Shown: positions 11,623 through 24,134, numbered from the whole stretch's first letter. The stretch is 61,992 nucleotides of DNA, filler included, from Blastocystis sp. subtype 4 (GCF_000743755.1; 3 parts of 3 records of this genome joined end to end with filler, not necessarily neighbours in it); one strand, 5' to 3'. Numbers and translations are program-made. The notes: generated from the letters alone by a model not told the origin.

Positions 11623-11827
11623 TTGCTACGATTATTGAGTGTTGAGGTAGTTGCGCCACTGTGACCCTTTTTGGGGTTGAGTCATGGTATTTGTCTCCTA
11701 TCCGACACGTTGTATCTGGGATTCGGAAATTGGGAATAAACGAAATCGAAAAGGGAATGACACCAAACATGATTTCATGAACACAAACAGTAGAGCAACT
11801 ATCAAATAGCATACAAAAAGAAAGCAA

Positions 11828-12748
11828 TCACTCGAGATTCACAAATACAATATCATTATCTGTTCCATTTGCTGATCGAGAAACGTCAATAACCTTCTCT
11901 TTTATATAGTGATCTATATGTAATTCTCCTCTCTTGCCATTACGGAAGTAGCGCATCGGATCCACGACTTTGAATGCCTTTCGACTCGTGCTGTAACCGA
12001 TGAGCATAATATAATGGCCACAATACTCTTTCTACAGTAAATATCTCTTTCCAGCTTTACAAAACAACAACAGTTTTTTGAAGGATACAATAATGTGAAA
12101 TCAACAAGGACCAATACTACAGTATTGCTGTTGAATAGAAGAAAATCGCGAATTGTTTCAATTTTTACCTTTGCCTACACGAAATATACTGATAACGACT
12201 ACATTAAAGATATGAATGCAATCACTGCTTAGTGTTTGAAATAGGTTTTTTATACGTAGTAATTCGGTTTCCAGATCCTCATTCTATAATAGATGCCACT
12301 CTATTCACATACTCTATAGAAATCAAGGTAGTCGTATTGATGAGAGGTAGGAGAGATATTGGTTGTACAGAATACACATCTAGATCAGAGTTTGCTATTG
12401 AGCTTACCGAAAGGAGTAATCCTTAAGTACTTTGACTAAATCCACCGTCCACACACCATCTTCAAAATTCACACAAGTTCCTTGGAGGAAATCCTGATAA
12501 TCAAAGTCGTCATTCATAATAAATCGTTTTGCCCATTTTCTGTAAATGAAAAACAGATTAATATCAAACATAATCATCCAACAGCAAGCTGGTCCGCAAT
12601 CATACGTAGTTTGTTGAACGAAGTGGAAATTCTTGGCCTTAAGCACATATTCAATTCCTACAAACTTTCGTTGTGCTTTTTCCAGTCCTGTGCTACAAAG
12701 ATACCGCTCAATCGTTTCCCTGTCGACATACTTGTCTGTTGGATCCAT
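11828..12748 (-). CDS. GUCD1: GUCD1-like (C39-peptidase-like fold) protein, multi-exon
   Basis: QQTTYDCGPACCWM, GVWTVDL, YCGHYYMLIGY...VDP and GTDNDIVFV motifs. Confidence 0.75.
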
Positions 12749-12880
12749 TCTGATCTCTAGATCTTTTTGCCTACGAGAAATGAGAGAGGAATGAACTTAT
12801 ACAATACTGCAATATGATTGGATAATCTCTTCCCTATCACTACGAGGCTATTATAATCAACAAACATGTTATTGAATCAA

Positions 12881-15498
12881 TTAGCGAATAGAATATGGTT
12901 CAATCGAATATGGATCAAATCCCTTGGCAAAAGACAAGTTGGAATCCCCAGCCTTTTCTGTTAAGTATTGCCGATATGCTGAGTTACAGTATTGCAAATT
13001 TACTTTCCGATATTGACATCCTTCACCATCTTTCACGCCATCTTTCCAATTCCCATCATACTCCAAACATTCGTTCGAAAAATAAGAAATACAATGACCA
13101 TGAGGTCTATTGTTCCGAAACATTCCTTCATAAGCCTTATTTCCATTAGGATAATACAAGATGCCCCTTCCATTGAACTTATTATCTTTGAATTCACCTT
13201 CATACACAATCCTCTCATTCCTAAAGTACATTCGACCTTCCATGAATCGTTCGTTCTTCTTTTCGTATACAATGGATAGTTGTTTGATAAAATCAGGAGG
13301 AGAAACACTCCCATCAAACCAATTATGCAAGAAATAGAAGTCATGTGATTTATGAAAGAGAAAGGGAGTTTCAAAGGTAAATCGTGTAGAATTTACACCC
13401 ACCATTTCTTCAAATAGTTGTTGGATGGAGGGTTCTTCGATAACTTCCTCACATTCCATCATCGCGAATTGCTTATCCACTGTTGCAACCCAAGCAGTTT
13501 CTAAGGCTTCTTCATCACTGGAATCATTTTCGGATTCTTCTTGAACAGACAATTCTTTGTGATCATGAATAGGAATTAATTCATTCTTTGTAAACAACGC
13601 ATCTTGATGTCCATAGTAATCAAATAACCGAATAAATCCCTCACGCAAGCCATCCTTATACTCTCCATATTCCACACATCCATCTTGTTGATATTTCTCT
13701 CCAATTCCATGTAATAAACCTTTCTTCCATAGCCCGATCGATACACTGCCATCTGGTTCCAAACAAACACCTCGTCCTTGAAGAACACCTCTTTGAGTGA
13801 ACCCTTCTGCTAGGGAATGACCAGCCAGGAAGGAAATGGATCGATGCTGACAGAACCCATTCTGATAGTAACCTGACAAGATCTCACATCCTTCCAACAA
13901 TTCGCAACCATAACTCTCATACTCTCCTGACGAATATTCTCCAATATATCCTCGATTAGAGAGACTGTTGAATGACCATCCATAGCCTTCTGGATAATCA
14001 CAAACATATTCACCATGCCATATTCGTTGACCTTTGTACCACACATTGCCAGGACCTGATCGTTCATCCATACAGAACCATGTAGCATAGGAGATTGGTT
14101 TAGTGATAAATTGAACGAATCCGACACCATTCCGATGCCCTTCTTCGTATCGTCCCACAAATACATAATTCTGATCTGAAACTGATGAATCATATTCATA
14201 AAATGAGGAAGGTACAACACCTGCAATGAAACGATCTGAAGATTGAGATACTAAGGATTCAAGTGGAACGCCTTCTTGAAGACTAAGAAGAAGTGTTAGA
14301 CCTGACCAATCATTCCGCTTGAATCGAGTCAATACGAGAGTAGTGACATTATCAATAGTCTCTTCATCAATAGCAGTAAATCCTCCTTGAGAATGAACAC
14401 TCTGAAATGATAAAGGAGTCTGCTGTGGAATATGCATCATCATATGCATATCAGCTATATACAATGGAGTTGATGAAGGAACAAGAACAGGATTATTCAA
14501 ACATTCCATAATCATTTGATCTCCATCTTTTCGTGTGCGTTTTACCACGGTTACAGATTTAGTAATAGGATCATTCTTCATAATATCCATTATAGTCTCA
14601 TATAGGATCCCAGATCCATACATTGCAACATAAATACTCTCATCAACCTTTCCTTCCTCGTTTATCAGAATATCTATTAGATGCTTTCGAACTAATGAGC
14701 GACGGACAAATAACAAACGACTACGAGTGAAGAACACTTTGAGATTATTCTCCATGTATTTGAGTGTGATGGAAACACGTTGATCACCATTCTCCAAATG
14801 TTCAACTGCTTCCTTACAACACTCAGCTAATCGAATGTATACAACATCGTTAGGAGCAATTGACACATTAAATGATCGTTTAAATTGTTGAACTGCCATC
14901 TCTTTAAACGAATCGATAACATCGTCCTCATGAAGAGAGAGAGAATGATCTGAATAAGAAATACCACTTGTAGATAGCATATGAATGCTTCCCTGACCTC
15001 CTTCACAGTCCACAACGACAATGGATTGAGTAGCAAGAACTTTGGTAAACTGACTACTGATATAAAAATAAGACTCTGGAAGAAAGAATATATCGATGGA
15101 ATCATCTTCATCACTCCAGGACGACAACATGTCACTATCCGAATAAAAGATAAAGATGGAATGGACTCGTTCTCCGACCTTTTTGGATACAATACTGCAC
15201 ACAATCTGGATGAGTTTCCTCCTATTTACAAAGCTAAGCTCATCGAAATATTTAACCGGAATTCGATTCGCCTTAATAATTTCAAGCCCATTTTCTGTCG
15301 ACTTCTCTTCAATATTCTCAGCAATTCTTCGCAGACTACGAGATCAGTCCCTATCTTCAACAAAATACTTCCGAATAGCATCAAGCAAGTTGATACTTGC
15401 GAGCAGGCTGCAATTCCAATTTGGACCAAATTGGAATTGGCAGATGGAAATAGTATTATCTTTTTGTCTTTTGCAGTATCCAAATTGGATAGTCCCAT
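12881..15498 (-). CDS. Large MORN-repeat protein; 5' exons uncertain
   Basis: 773-aa ORF with repeated YEGEFKDNKFNGRG, YEGMFRNNRPHG and YDGNWKDGVKDGEG MORN units; the upstream ORF 15226-15498 is probably joined by splicing. Confidence 0.75.
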
Positions 15499-15678
15499 TT
15501 ACAATGTACATGAATGCTGCATTATCCATTCTTCTCAAAACAAAAGTATTCTCTTCTCGCTAACAGCTACTATGATTCTAAGAAACTATAAAAGACAAAG
15601 ATATATAAATCAATGAGATCAATACTCAGTATCCGAATCGCGGTTTTCTTATCAATTCTCACATCAATAGAAGAGCAA

Positions 15679-16272
15679 ATGGATCGTTTGTTTCAATCTT
15701 TCTTTTTTATGTAGAACACCAAAAGCCGCAAGAGGGACAAGAATGCGCAGTCTGCATGGATGATATTGATGAAAGCAATTATGTTGAGTATCAGAACAGC
15801 AATGGTATCAAGATAATGGAGACTAAGTCACTGATAGATACCAAGTGGATTCCGTGTATCATCTGTGAAACTTGTGTCGAGATGTTTATTAAGGATATGA
15901 TGCCGAACTACCGCAAGAACCTGCTGGAAGCAGACTGCAGAGCATCACAATTGCGTGTTCTTGCTCAGGGACCTCCAATTTATGTAAAAGTGGCCCTGCA
16001 ACTATAGCTTCATACGTAGGATGATTCGGTCTTTACAACTCCTGAAGGAGAACATGTAGAGAGTCTCTGGTATTCGAGTAGCAAACAGGTAAAGAGTGCC
16101 AAAGTAGATGTAGAAGTCTCTTTCTGGTATTTCTGACGTCTAGGGTTGTTTGGAAGGAGAAGAGCGAGAAAAGTGGTGGAATGAGATGAAGGAGATATTG
16201 GGCATCACAGAACAGGAACTCAAGGAGAAAGAAAAGTGGGCAAAAAAGCCAGAGGATGGTAAAACGGACTGA
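15679..16272 (+). CDS. Hypothetical protein with RING-like Cys pairs, multi-exon
   Basis: Spliced: ECAVCMDDIDESNYVEY...CIICETCV...GPPIYVK...LEGEEREKWW. Confidence 0.6.
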
Positions 16273-16458
16273 GGAGCGTTCTCTGTCTCGTGTCTTTTTC
16301 GGTATAACTGTACTCTCTGTTGTTTGTTAGTACCGTATCTATAAGGAAACAATACGATGGAAGGTATGACGTAAGCAATTACGTAAGAACAAAAGTGCAA
16401 ATAGAACTCGCTTCTTTCGTGTAATTGCATAAACAACAGCTAGTACGTTGTTTCTACG

Positions 16459-17428
16459 ATGGGACAGCTCGAGAGTTTGGCCTTTGACGAATTGGATCCT
16501 GTTGACACATCGGTACTAGAGGGAGACAGATCTGTAAGAGGAATCATTAGAGCTATCAAAAATGGAAAAATCAAGAAAATCTGTGTCCTAACTGGAGCGG
16601 GTATCTCCAGTTCAACCGGGATTCCCGATTTTCGTTCTCCGGGAACTGGAATCTATTATAACCTCAGCAAATATGATCTACCAAATCCAGAAGCTATGTT
16701 CGAACTGGATTATTTCAAAGAGCATCCAGAAACCTTCTATCGTTTTATTAAGGTAAGTGAAAGATGGGAGGGATAATATTGTAGGAATTATTGCCTGGAA
16801 AGTACAAACCAACTTACGCTCATTGCTTTATTCGCTTATTATATGAAAAGGGTCTTTTGCTTCGTGTTTATTCGCAGAACATTGATGGATTGGAGCGAGT
16901 GGCAGGTATTCCTGAGAATCTTCTCGTTGAGGCGCATGGAAGCTTTTCTTCAGCATCGTGTGTAGATTGTGGAGCTGGATACCCTATGGAACGGTTATAT
17001 CAGGATCTCAAGGATGGTAGGTGTGTTCAATGATTATGTCCATAGGGCGTATTCCGCACTGTTCTTGTGGAGAACTGGTGAAGCCAGATATTGTACTCTA
17101 TGGGGAGCCTCTTCCTTTAAAATATATGTGGATGCATACAGCTGATATGATATCTTGTGATATGGTCCTTGTGATGGGCACTTCATTATCCGTTCAACCA
17201 TTCTACAATCTTCTGCAGCTGGCGAGGGAAAATGTCCCTCGATTATTGATCAATCGAGAAGCTGTTGGTCCATTCCGGTTCTGTGAGATGGCTAGTTGTT
17301 TTCGAGATGTATTTATGCAAGCAGAATGTGATGAAGGTGTTCGAACTTTGTGTCGTGAGTTAGGATGGGAGGATTCTCTGCAAGAGATCTATGATTCAAT
17401 GAATGAAGTTTCTATTTTTGGTGAATAA
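16459..17428 (+). CDS. NAD-dependent deacetylase, class I sirtuin (SIRT2/Hst2-like), 2 introns
   Basis: TGAGISSSTGIPDFRSPGTG, YSQNIDGLE, EAHGSF, KPDIVLYGE, GTSLSVQPF, LINRE. Confidence 0.95.
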
Positions 17429-17549
17429 TTGTACTTTAGTCTTTTGGGAGTTTTGTTGAAATGAATGTTTCTTTAGTTCTGCAATTTGAATAATGATGTA
17501 AGGGTATTTACAGGTTCTCGGTTCTCATACTACTCCACATAAGAACATT

Positions 17550-18570
17550 ATGGATGATGGCAGTTTCTCTATCACTGTGTTAACAATAGTATACAACATA
17601 AAGAATGATAATGGAAGTTACATCCAATACCTTAATATGATTGGTGAACAAGAAATTGGGTGCAGATCGTCAAAGCATTCAATGACGCAGGTCAATAATA
17701 CCTATGTCGATAACCTTATTGTTCGTATTCATTCTTGCTCTCGCATCTTCCAGTAGTACTGTTTTGTATCTATGATGTAGAATGTACCAGTATGGAACAA
17801 CAGTGTATGGGATCATGTATTCCTTGGGTACTCATGAGTAACTATAGATAAGTATACACAACAGTTTAATGTAAACTGGAAGGGAGTTCCAACCTACCGA
17901 GATATCTTAGCGAACTTGTATGAACATTCTAACTGTACTACTAGATCCTATACTGCTTTGTATCAGTATCCATATAAATAGTACTTGAGGTCTAGTGATA
18001 TTCTTTCGTGTACGAAAACTGAGAAGAACAAATATCACTGTGAATCTACGACTATCAATGTATGGGTTCGCATATGGGAGGAGGGAAATTATAAGAATAT
18101 CATAGATAATTGTGGATCCAAGTTTACTAAGAAGTATCAGGATATTATGTATTATTTGGATTATTGTTTGATCTATAGTAAGAATCCTTGTGTCATTAAT
18201 GGGGACGACCAATGGAAGTACATAAGAGAACAAATTGGTTTCAAGAGTACCTTTGATGTTGTGATGAGTATCATTATTCTGTATCTATTTATTTCTAGAT
18301 GGAAAGAAACCAGAGACTTCAGGTAACTATGCCTACGGAGGAAAATGTGTTTGGAACTACGAAATTGAAGGAATATGGTCAACTCGTATGGCTAGAGGAA
18401 CCAATGAAGTGTAGTTGTTATCACGATCCTCTTAGCCTTCCTTGTCTGTCTGATTCTACTGATAGCTTTGATTATCTACACGCAGAAACGTCGTAGTGCA
18501 AAACGCAATTCATTGATGAATCGCACTTTACTTGAAGGTGAGTCAGGAAATTCTCAAACACCGTCAGTAT
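17550..18570 (+). CDS. Hypothetical Cys-containing type I membrane protein; stop probably created by polyadenylation at 18570; 5' end uncertain
   Basis: Spliced TM LVITILLAFLVCLILLIALIIY followed by TQKRR...SQTPSV; then T + CCTA + TGTTTGTT (18575-18582). Confidence 0.6.
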
Positions 18571-18650
18571 CCTATGTTTGTTTCAATATTTGTTTTTCTA
18601 AATTCAAAGTAGTCATTCATTTTCGTTTTCTAAGATTGTCTTCTCTTGAT

Positions 18651-19378
18651 ATGGATTCACTATCAAAACATGACAAATCTGTTGTCGTAGGCGAATTTGA
18701 GTTTTCGTCTATTCCTATGTCTTCTCTGGAGGGGAAGGAATTCTCGCATATTCCGAAAAGTCACATGTAGAATAGAACTGGTGAAGGTAAGACTTAGACT
18801 TTTAAAGTCGATTGAGATCCAAACTGAAAAAGGGCCTATTCCGCTACTATTGCGAGGTGATGAAACTATCTCGGACAGTAATGGACTTGAAACATCTGAA
18901 TCATAGAGATGGTCGAAACGAAGGACGACGATGAAGTGATTTTATTGATCTATTCTTATAATGTAGACGATGCTGAAGTCATTTTACGAAGAGTTATTTG
19001 AGCAGTCAACACATGGAGTTTATTTTTTGGTCGTTCTTGATTGTAGACAAAATCGCAAACAACCCCTGATACTGGAGTGACTGTTCCAAAAACATTAGCT
19101 GAACTGTCTCAGTATCATCTCTCTGATTCACAACGAAAGTCGGGTACCTGCTTGTTTGTATATTCATGTCACTAGCTGGATTCCCTGGAAATATGAACAC
19201 AGATGATCTCACTCTCCTTCAGTACTTTTTCTCTGTTTCATTTACTCTTAGACTTTTGAACACAATCTCGAAACTTCCATCCTCATTCCGACAGCCCCTT
19301 CTCAATCTCCTGAAGGTTGTTGAAGAGAAGTATGAGGAAGCAGTTGACAATGAAACTAAATGGCGATCTATGGACTAA
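18651..19378 (+). CDS. Hypothetical protein, multi-exon
   Basis: ATG 18651, chained short ORFs separated by short introns, TAA at 19378, TGTTTGTT at 19400. Confidence 0.45.
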
Positions 19379-20640
19379 ACTGTGTACACTATGTGAGTTT
19401 GTTTGTTTAACAAGGAAAACCAATTCTTCTTTTGTTTCCGCTTCCGCTTCTTTTGTACTTCCAAGGGTATAAAATCACCAATTCCAACTATACCTCTGTT
19501 GGTGATGACAGCTTGAACTCGCTTCAAACTACGATTTCCACAAAAAGGACAAAATGCCCGTGATTCATCTTTGCAAACTCTTCAATTACAATCTTCAGTC
19601 AAGCCTACTTGAAACAGATACTGCATTTTCTAGTCCATACACGTAGTTTAGTGATTGGCTTTAGATCGAGTGAAAGTAACTGGAAACCCATTTGTAACAA
19701 TACAGACTTCGCATTACAAGAACAGAATGAACTCACCTGAATTGTCTGATTATCTGTACAACACATTACGTGATCCTTTATTGGAATCGTGGTATCAACA
19801 GGAACATTGACATCAAAACTCGATAACAACTCGGAATCCACCCATCCTTCCTCAGATACTTCTTCACACGGTCCATCCACTAAAAGACTTCCACTTCCTC
19901 CATTCACATGACTCGTTCCTTGCGGTTCTTGAAGGGGAGGGAATACGTCAATTTCATCATTATCACTCAATCTATTTGTCAGATCAGATTCTCGCGTGCT
20001 GCGGTAACGAACATCTGGACGTCTGTCTATGTCACCAGGGTATGGTAAAGGAAATTATCATTGTTACTATCTAAAAGATATATGTCGATAATAGCAGCCG
20101 TTTCCCCGACTACAACCACCTGGAAGAGAGAAATACACACAAGGTTCTGAACAAACGTTCACTCCAACTTCTCGTAACTCATTTGTGTGCTCAAAATAAC
20201 GACTTCTCTCAGGATTATCAACAGAACTGATCCTTACATCTAAAAGTGGTGTCTGATTAATATGATCCACTCCAATCCTCTCTTTTTCCACATCATACAT
20301 GATAGCCATCAAGATAAAGTCCAATTCTGTAAGTTTGTTATAATCACCAGTTTTCTTTGTAAACTCCTTGACTATGTATATTAGGCCATATGAAAATCTT
20401 CATACTAATTAGTAATGACTCATTTGATGGGATTCTTGGCTGGATACACTGCAACTGTTGACGAACTGTACTACTCTGAATACTCCTTGAAGCATCCGAC
20501 AGATATGCATGGGATGTATACAGTTTCTATTCAATAAACATGATTCCGTCAAAGTTCACGTCTGCGAGTTCAATAAGCGTATCTAGCTTTTGGAATGCCC
20601 CAGTGTCGAGAATGACCACATCGACAGATTTCGTAGACAT
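19375..20640 (-). CDS. NOB1: 20S pre-rRNA D-site endonuclease NOB1, with an inserted CCCH zinc finger
   Basis: PIN motifs VVILDTGAF and LTELDFILMAIMYD; TDNQTIQ..LLQMG; Zn ribbon KCSICFK...CPFCGNRSL. Confidence 0.85.
20040..20081 (-). other. U12-type AT-AC intron (42 nt) in NOB1
   Basis: ATATCTTTT...TTCCTTTAC-CATAC. Removal deletes four in-frame stops and joins YRH|PGD. Confidence 0.85.
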
Positions 20641-20724
20641 CTCAATAAACAACCTTGAGCATCTTTATTGACTCAATAAATTCCCACTTTGCTTGTTCAA
20701 CAAACAACCAACCCAAAAACTAGC

Positions 20725-20783
20725 TTACAATTCATCATCATCATCACTTCCTGCCTCAGCTCCAGAAGCATTCTGATAGAACT
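20725..20783 (-). CDS. C-terminal fragment of an ER-luminal protein, probably BiP/ER Hsp70; truncated by the gap
   Basis: FYQNASGAEAGSDDDDEL* ends in an ER-retention DDEL; TGTTTGTT follows at 20699-20706 (minus). Confidence 0.55.
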
Positions 20784-20883
20784 NNNNNNNNNNNNNNNNN
20801 NNNNNNNNNNNNNNNNNNNNNNNNNNNTTAATTAATTAANNNNNNNNNNNNNNNNNNNNNNNNNNNNNNNNNNNNNNNNNNNN
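20784..20883. other. Artificial assembly spacer
   Basis: N44 + TTAATTAATTAA (stops in all six frames) + N44. Confidence 0.97.
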
Positions 20884-21461
20884 TTTCATAGGCAGCCATA
20901 TTGGATAAACCAGTGAAAGAACGACGGAAATAGATAACAGAATCAGAAGAAATCGAAGTCCCAGTAGTGAGAGACCAAGAATTTGTGCTGCATGTCTTCC
21001 AATCAGGTGAATAGTTAGATGTCCAAAACCAAGACATTTCATGATCGACAGGAGTATAGAATGAAAGACGAATTCGATTGGCTCTCCAATCCGATTTAAA
21101 TGCTATGTGATTGTACAGTCCATTAATAGATAACCAGCTATCATAACTCCATTGTCGGTTAGTGTTCACATTGTCAGAGTACATTTGAAGGTCATATTGT
21201 AAAAGTGGTGTTACAGAAAGACAGAAAGTATCTGTTACTTCCGTGTTATCTACTCCAGACGGAGAAGTATAGAGTAATTCATCAGAGTTCGGACTATAGA
21301 TTTTCCATATATCAGACGCTGAATTTGCACTTGAGTGTTTCGTATACCTCAATTCAATAGCATCTCCAGAACAGTATGCAGAAACATAAGGAAGAACTAT
21401 GCTTTACTTTTGCAATTAGGTTTCTACAAAGATAAAAGAGGAAGAGTCGAGCAAGACTCAT
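20884..21461 (-). CDS. Secreted/surface protein, tandem paralog of 21540-23943; 3' end truncated by the gap
   Basis: Signal-peptide exon (MSLARLFLFYL), a short intron, then sequence ending WFWTSNYSPDWKTCS...YFRRSFTGLSNMAAYE shared with the neighbouring gene. Confidence 0.75.
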
Positions 21462-21539
21462 CCTTTTTCGAAGAATAGAAACAAACTGCTAACTAGACTT
21501 GGGATCCCCACGATTATATGAAACAAACATTAGGTAAAC

Positions 21540-23943
21540 TTAGTCATTGTTTCGCATCAAATCTAGCACTTCTTTGGTTGAAAGTGAACCTATGTTGATT
21601 CTATTACCATTCTTGTCTATTATAACCTGATCTCCCTGATTAGATCGTTTACTTTGTAGATGACCACTCGCTGTGGTTAAACTAGGCGATGACGGAGGTT
21701 GTAATGATACAGGAGAGGATATAGCTGTTGGAGCAAATGTTGGAATATTCATGTTAGGATTTATCCGACTGCTGATTGGAGAATTGTGCGAATTGCTCCT
21801 TGGAATACTCGGAGGATAATTATTTGGGGTACCAATAGGAGGATTAGTATAAGCCAGTATTGGAATAGATGCTGGAGATCTTGCTGCAGCCCTTATAGGA
21901 GAACCTATTGGAACACTAATAGGGGAACCTAGTGGAGCAGTCACAGGAGAACCTAGTGGAGCAGTCACAGGAGAACCTAGTGGAGCAGTCACAGGAGAAC
22001 CTAGTGGAGCTCTCATTGGAGTTGTTACTGGAGTGGATATTGGATTACGCATTGGTACACTAGGGGGAACATTTACTAGAATACTCGCTGGAACCTTCAT
22101 TGGAACATTTGCAGGAACACTTGGAATACTCGCTGGTCCACCTGCTGGTACACTCATTGCAGTACCAGTGGGAACACTTGGAATACCCGCTGGAACACTC
22201 GCTGGTACATCTGCTGGAATACAAATGGGAACAGTCCCTTTACCATTCGGTGGCACATTCCCTGAATTACTCGAAGAAGGCACCACAGGAGGTACAGGAG
22301 GTGGGACAACCTTTTCTGAGCCATTGGGTTGTGTACTTGGATTAGATTTCTTAGGTAACTTCTTCTTTTTCGAACGACATCCAAACCACAATAGAATCAC
22401 TAACACCACGATAATTACTCCAATGATAAGATAGATTGTGAAGAGGCTACCCCGGCTCGAATTCATTACATTCATTGTAATATTCTGGCTCATAGTGCCA
22501 TAGTCATCTTGCCAGTACACTTGGATCATAAGATCTGTAACAGATTCAGGATCCCACAATTGAACATTCATGGAATGCTAATCCTCCAGGGAGTGATGGA
22601 TCAGACATACATCCTACTGCATCTGCATTGCTCGCAACAATATTCACCTGCTGACCTATAGTTAGAGAATAGGTCATATCATAAATGTTGAGAGTACGCT
22701 GAATCGAATATCGTTCATAGCATGTTAAAGGATGTAACTCCCAAAAGTAAACAGGAGTACAAGAAGAATCAGTAGGAGTGAATCTGTACAGAGGATAACT
22801 TCGATAATCATACTGAGTAAAAGAGAAGTAGTAATAACCTAATTCATCAACTCTTAAAGGAAATGAAGGACGTAAACGTGTCCAAGTATCATTACCCGTC
22901 ATTCTCCCCTCCATGGTAGCCTTGGATGCTGGGCAATACCCCCCACCTTCGTAGACTTCCCACTTATTCACCTGTGCTCGATTGATCTCATACGCAAAGA
23001 AAATATCGGTTGCCAAGTAAGTGATATACACAAGAGTATCAAGTACATAGTCATGTAAATAGTCCAATGACATATAGTATCCATATGTGACATGATTCAC
23101 TGGAACTGGATAACAGTTCTCCGTTTGACTTATTGGCATCGAACTAGCATAGATTGATAACCAACTATGAAATTGAATTGAAACAGATTGAGGCAAATGA
23201 ATCTCAACTGATAAAATACATTCAGATTCAGAAACATCATATCCATTACGAATCACTCCATGATATGAATAACTACTGTAACTCGATATGGGTTTACTCG
23301 AAGGAAGAATTGGACCAGTACCCATGTTATCACGATAAATCTCATAACCATTCAAATATGCTATGATTCCATCACGATAATAGAATTGACTTTCATAGGC
23401 AGCCATATTGGATAAACCAGTGAAAGAACGACGGAAATAGATAACAGAATCAGAAGAAATCGAAGTCCCAGTAGTGAGAGACCAAGAATCTGTGCTGCAT
23501 GTCTTCCAATCAGGTGAATAGTTAGATGTCCAAAACCAAAACACTCCATGAAAGATCGGAGTATAGAATGAAAGACGAATTCGACCTAATTTCCAAGAAG
23601 ACTTGAATACTCTATTCTCATAGGTGCCTTGGAAAGCTAACGAACTTTTCGAAGTAGTTGTTGTGCTTATCATCTCCAAGTCATATTGCAAGGAGGGTGT
23701 TCGTTGAACACAGATAGTACCTGTTGTAGTACCTATAATAGGAAATTGTTCAGATGAATATAGAACTGTTGATGTATCAGGCAGATACAAATTCCAGGAC
23801 TCGGAATATGTATCGCTTGCATAATTACGAATATAAGTAATCTCGAGTAGGTTGCTTGAACAATCTGCATCAATGAGCTGAACTACTATGGGTGAATGCA
23901 TAAATCAAATAATACAGCAAAGTAATAGAAATAGCCAACACAT
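21540..23943 (-). CDS. Type I surface protein: signal peptide, beta-rich ectodomain with putative Ig-like repeat, TM, long Pro-rich tail; frame break near 22550
   Basis: MCWLFLLLC|LVQ signal; YYRDGIIAYLNGYEIYRDNM; SLPGGL..IVG.P Ig-like motif; TM IYLIIGVIIVVLVILLWFG followed by RSKKKK. Confidence 0.75.
21922..22010 (-). repeat. 24-bp coding tandem repeat (APLGSPVT, about 3.5 copies)
   Basis: ggagaacctagtggagcagtcaca repeated directly. Confidence 0.9.
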
Positions 23944-24134
23944 TGAAGAAGATAGACCACAAGGAAAGATAACTAACGAATTGTGCAGATCCGATTTGGG
24001 AAGAAACTTTTGCTTTACTTAATGCTAGATATGTTTCTGAACAAAAACCAATACAAACAGATTAACAAGATATCAGTACATACAACTCCACACGGCATCA
24101 ACAAAGATAATAAACCAAATTCAACTCCCCAGCC

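Noticed and set aside
14981..15616. 211-aa + strand ORF
   Set aside because: Lies antisense to the 5' part of the MORN gene and has no recognisable motif; probably a shadow ORF.
20784..20883. TTAATTAATTAA palindrome inside N runs (also 41446-41457)
   Set aside because: Identical symmetric padding at both places and stops in all six frames indicate an artificial linker. Adjacency across it is not biological evidence.
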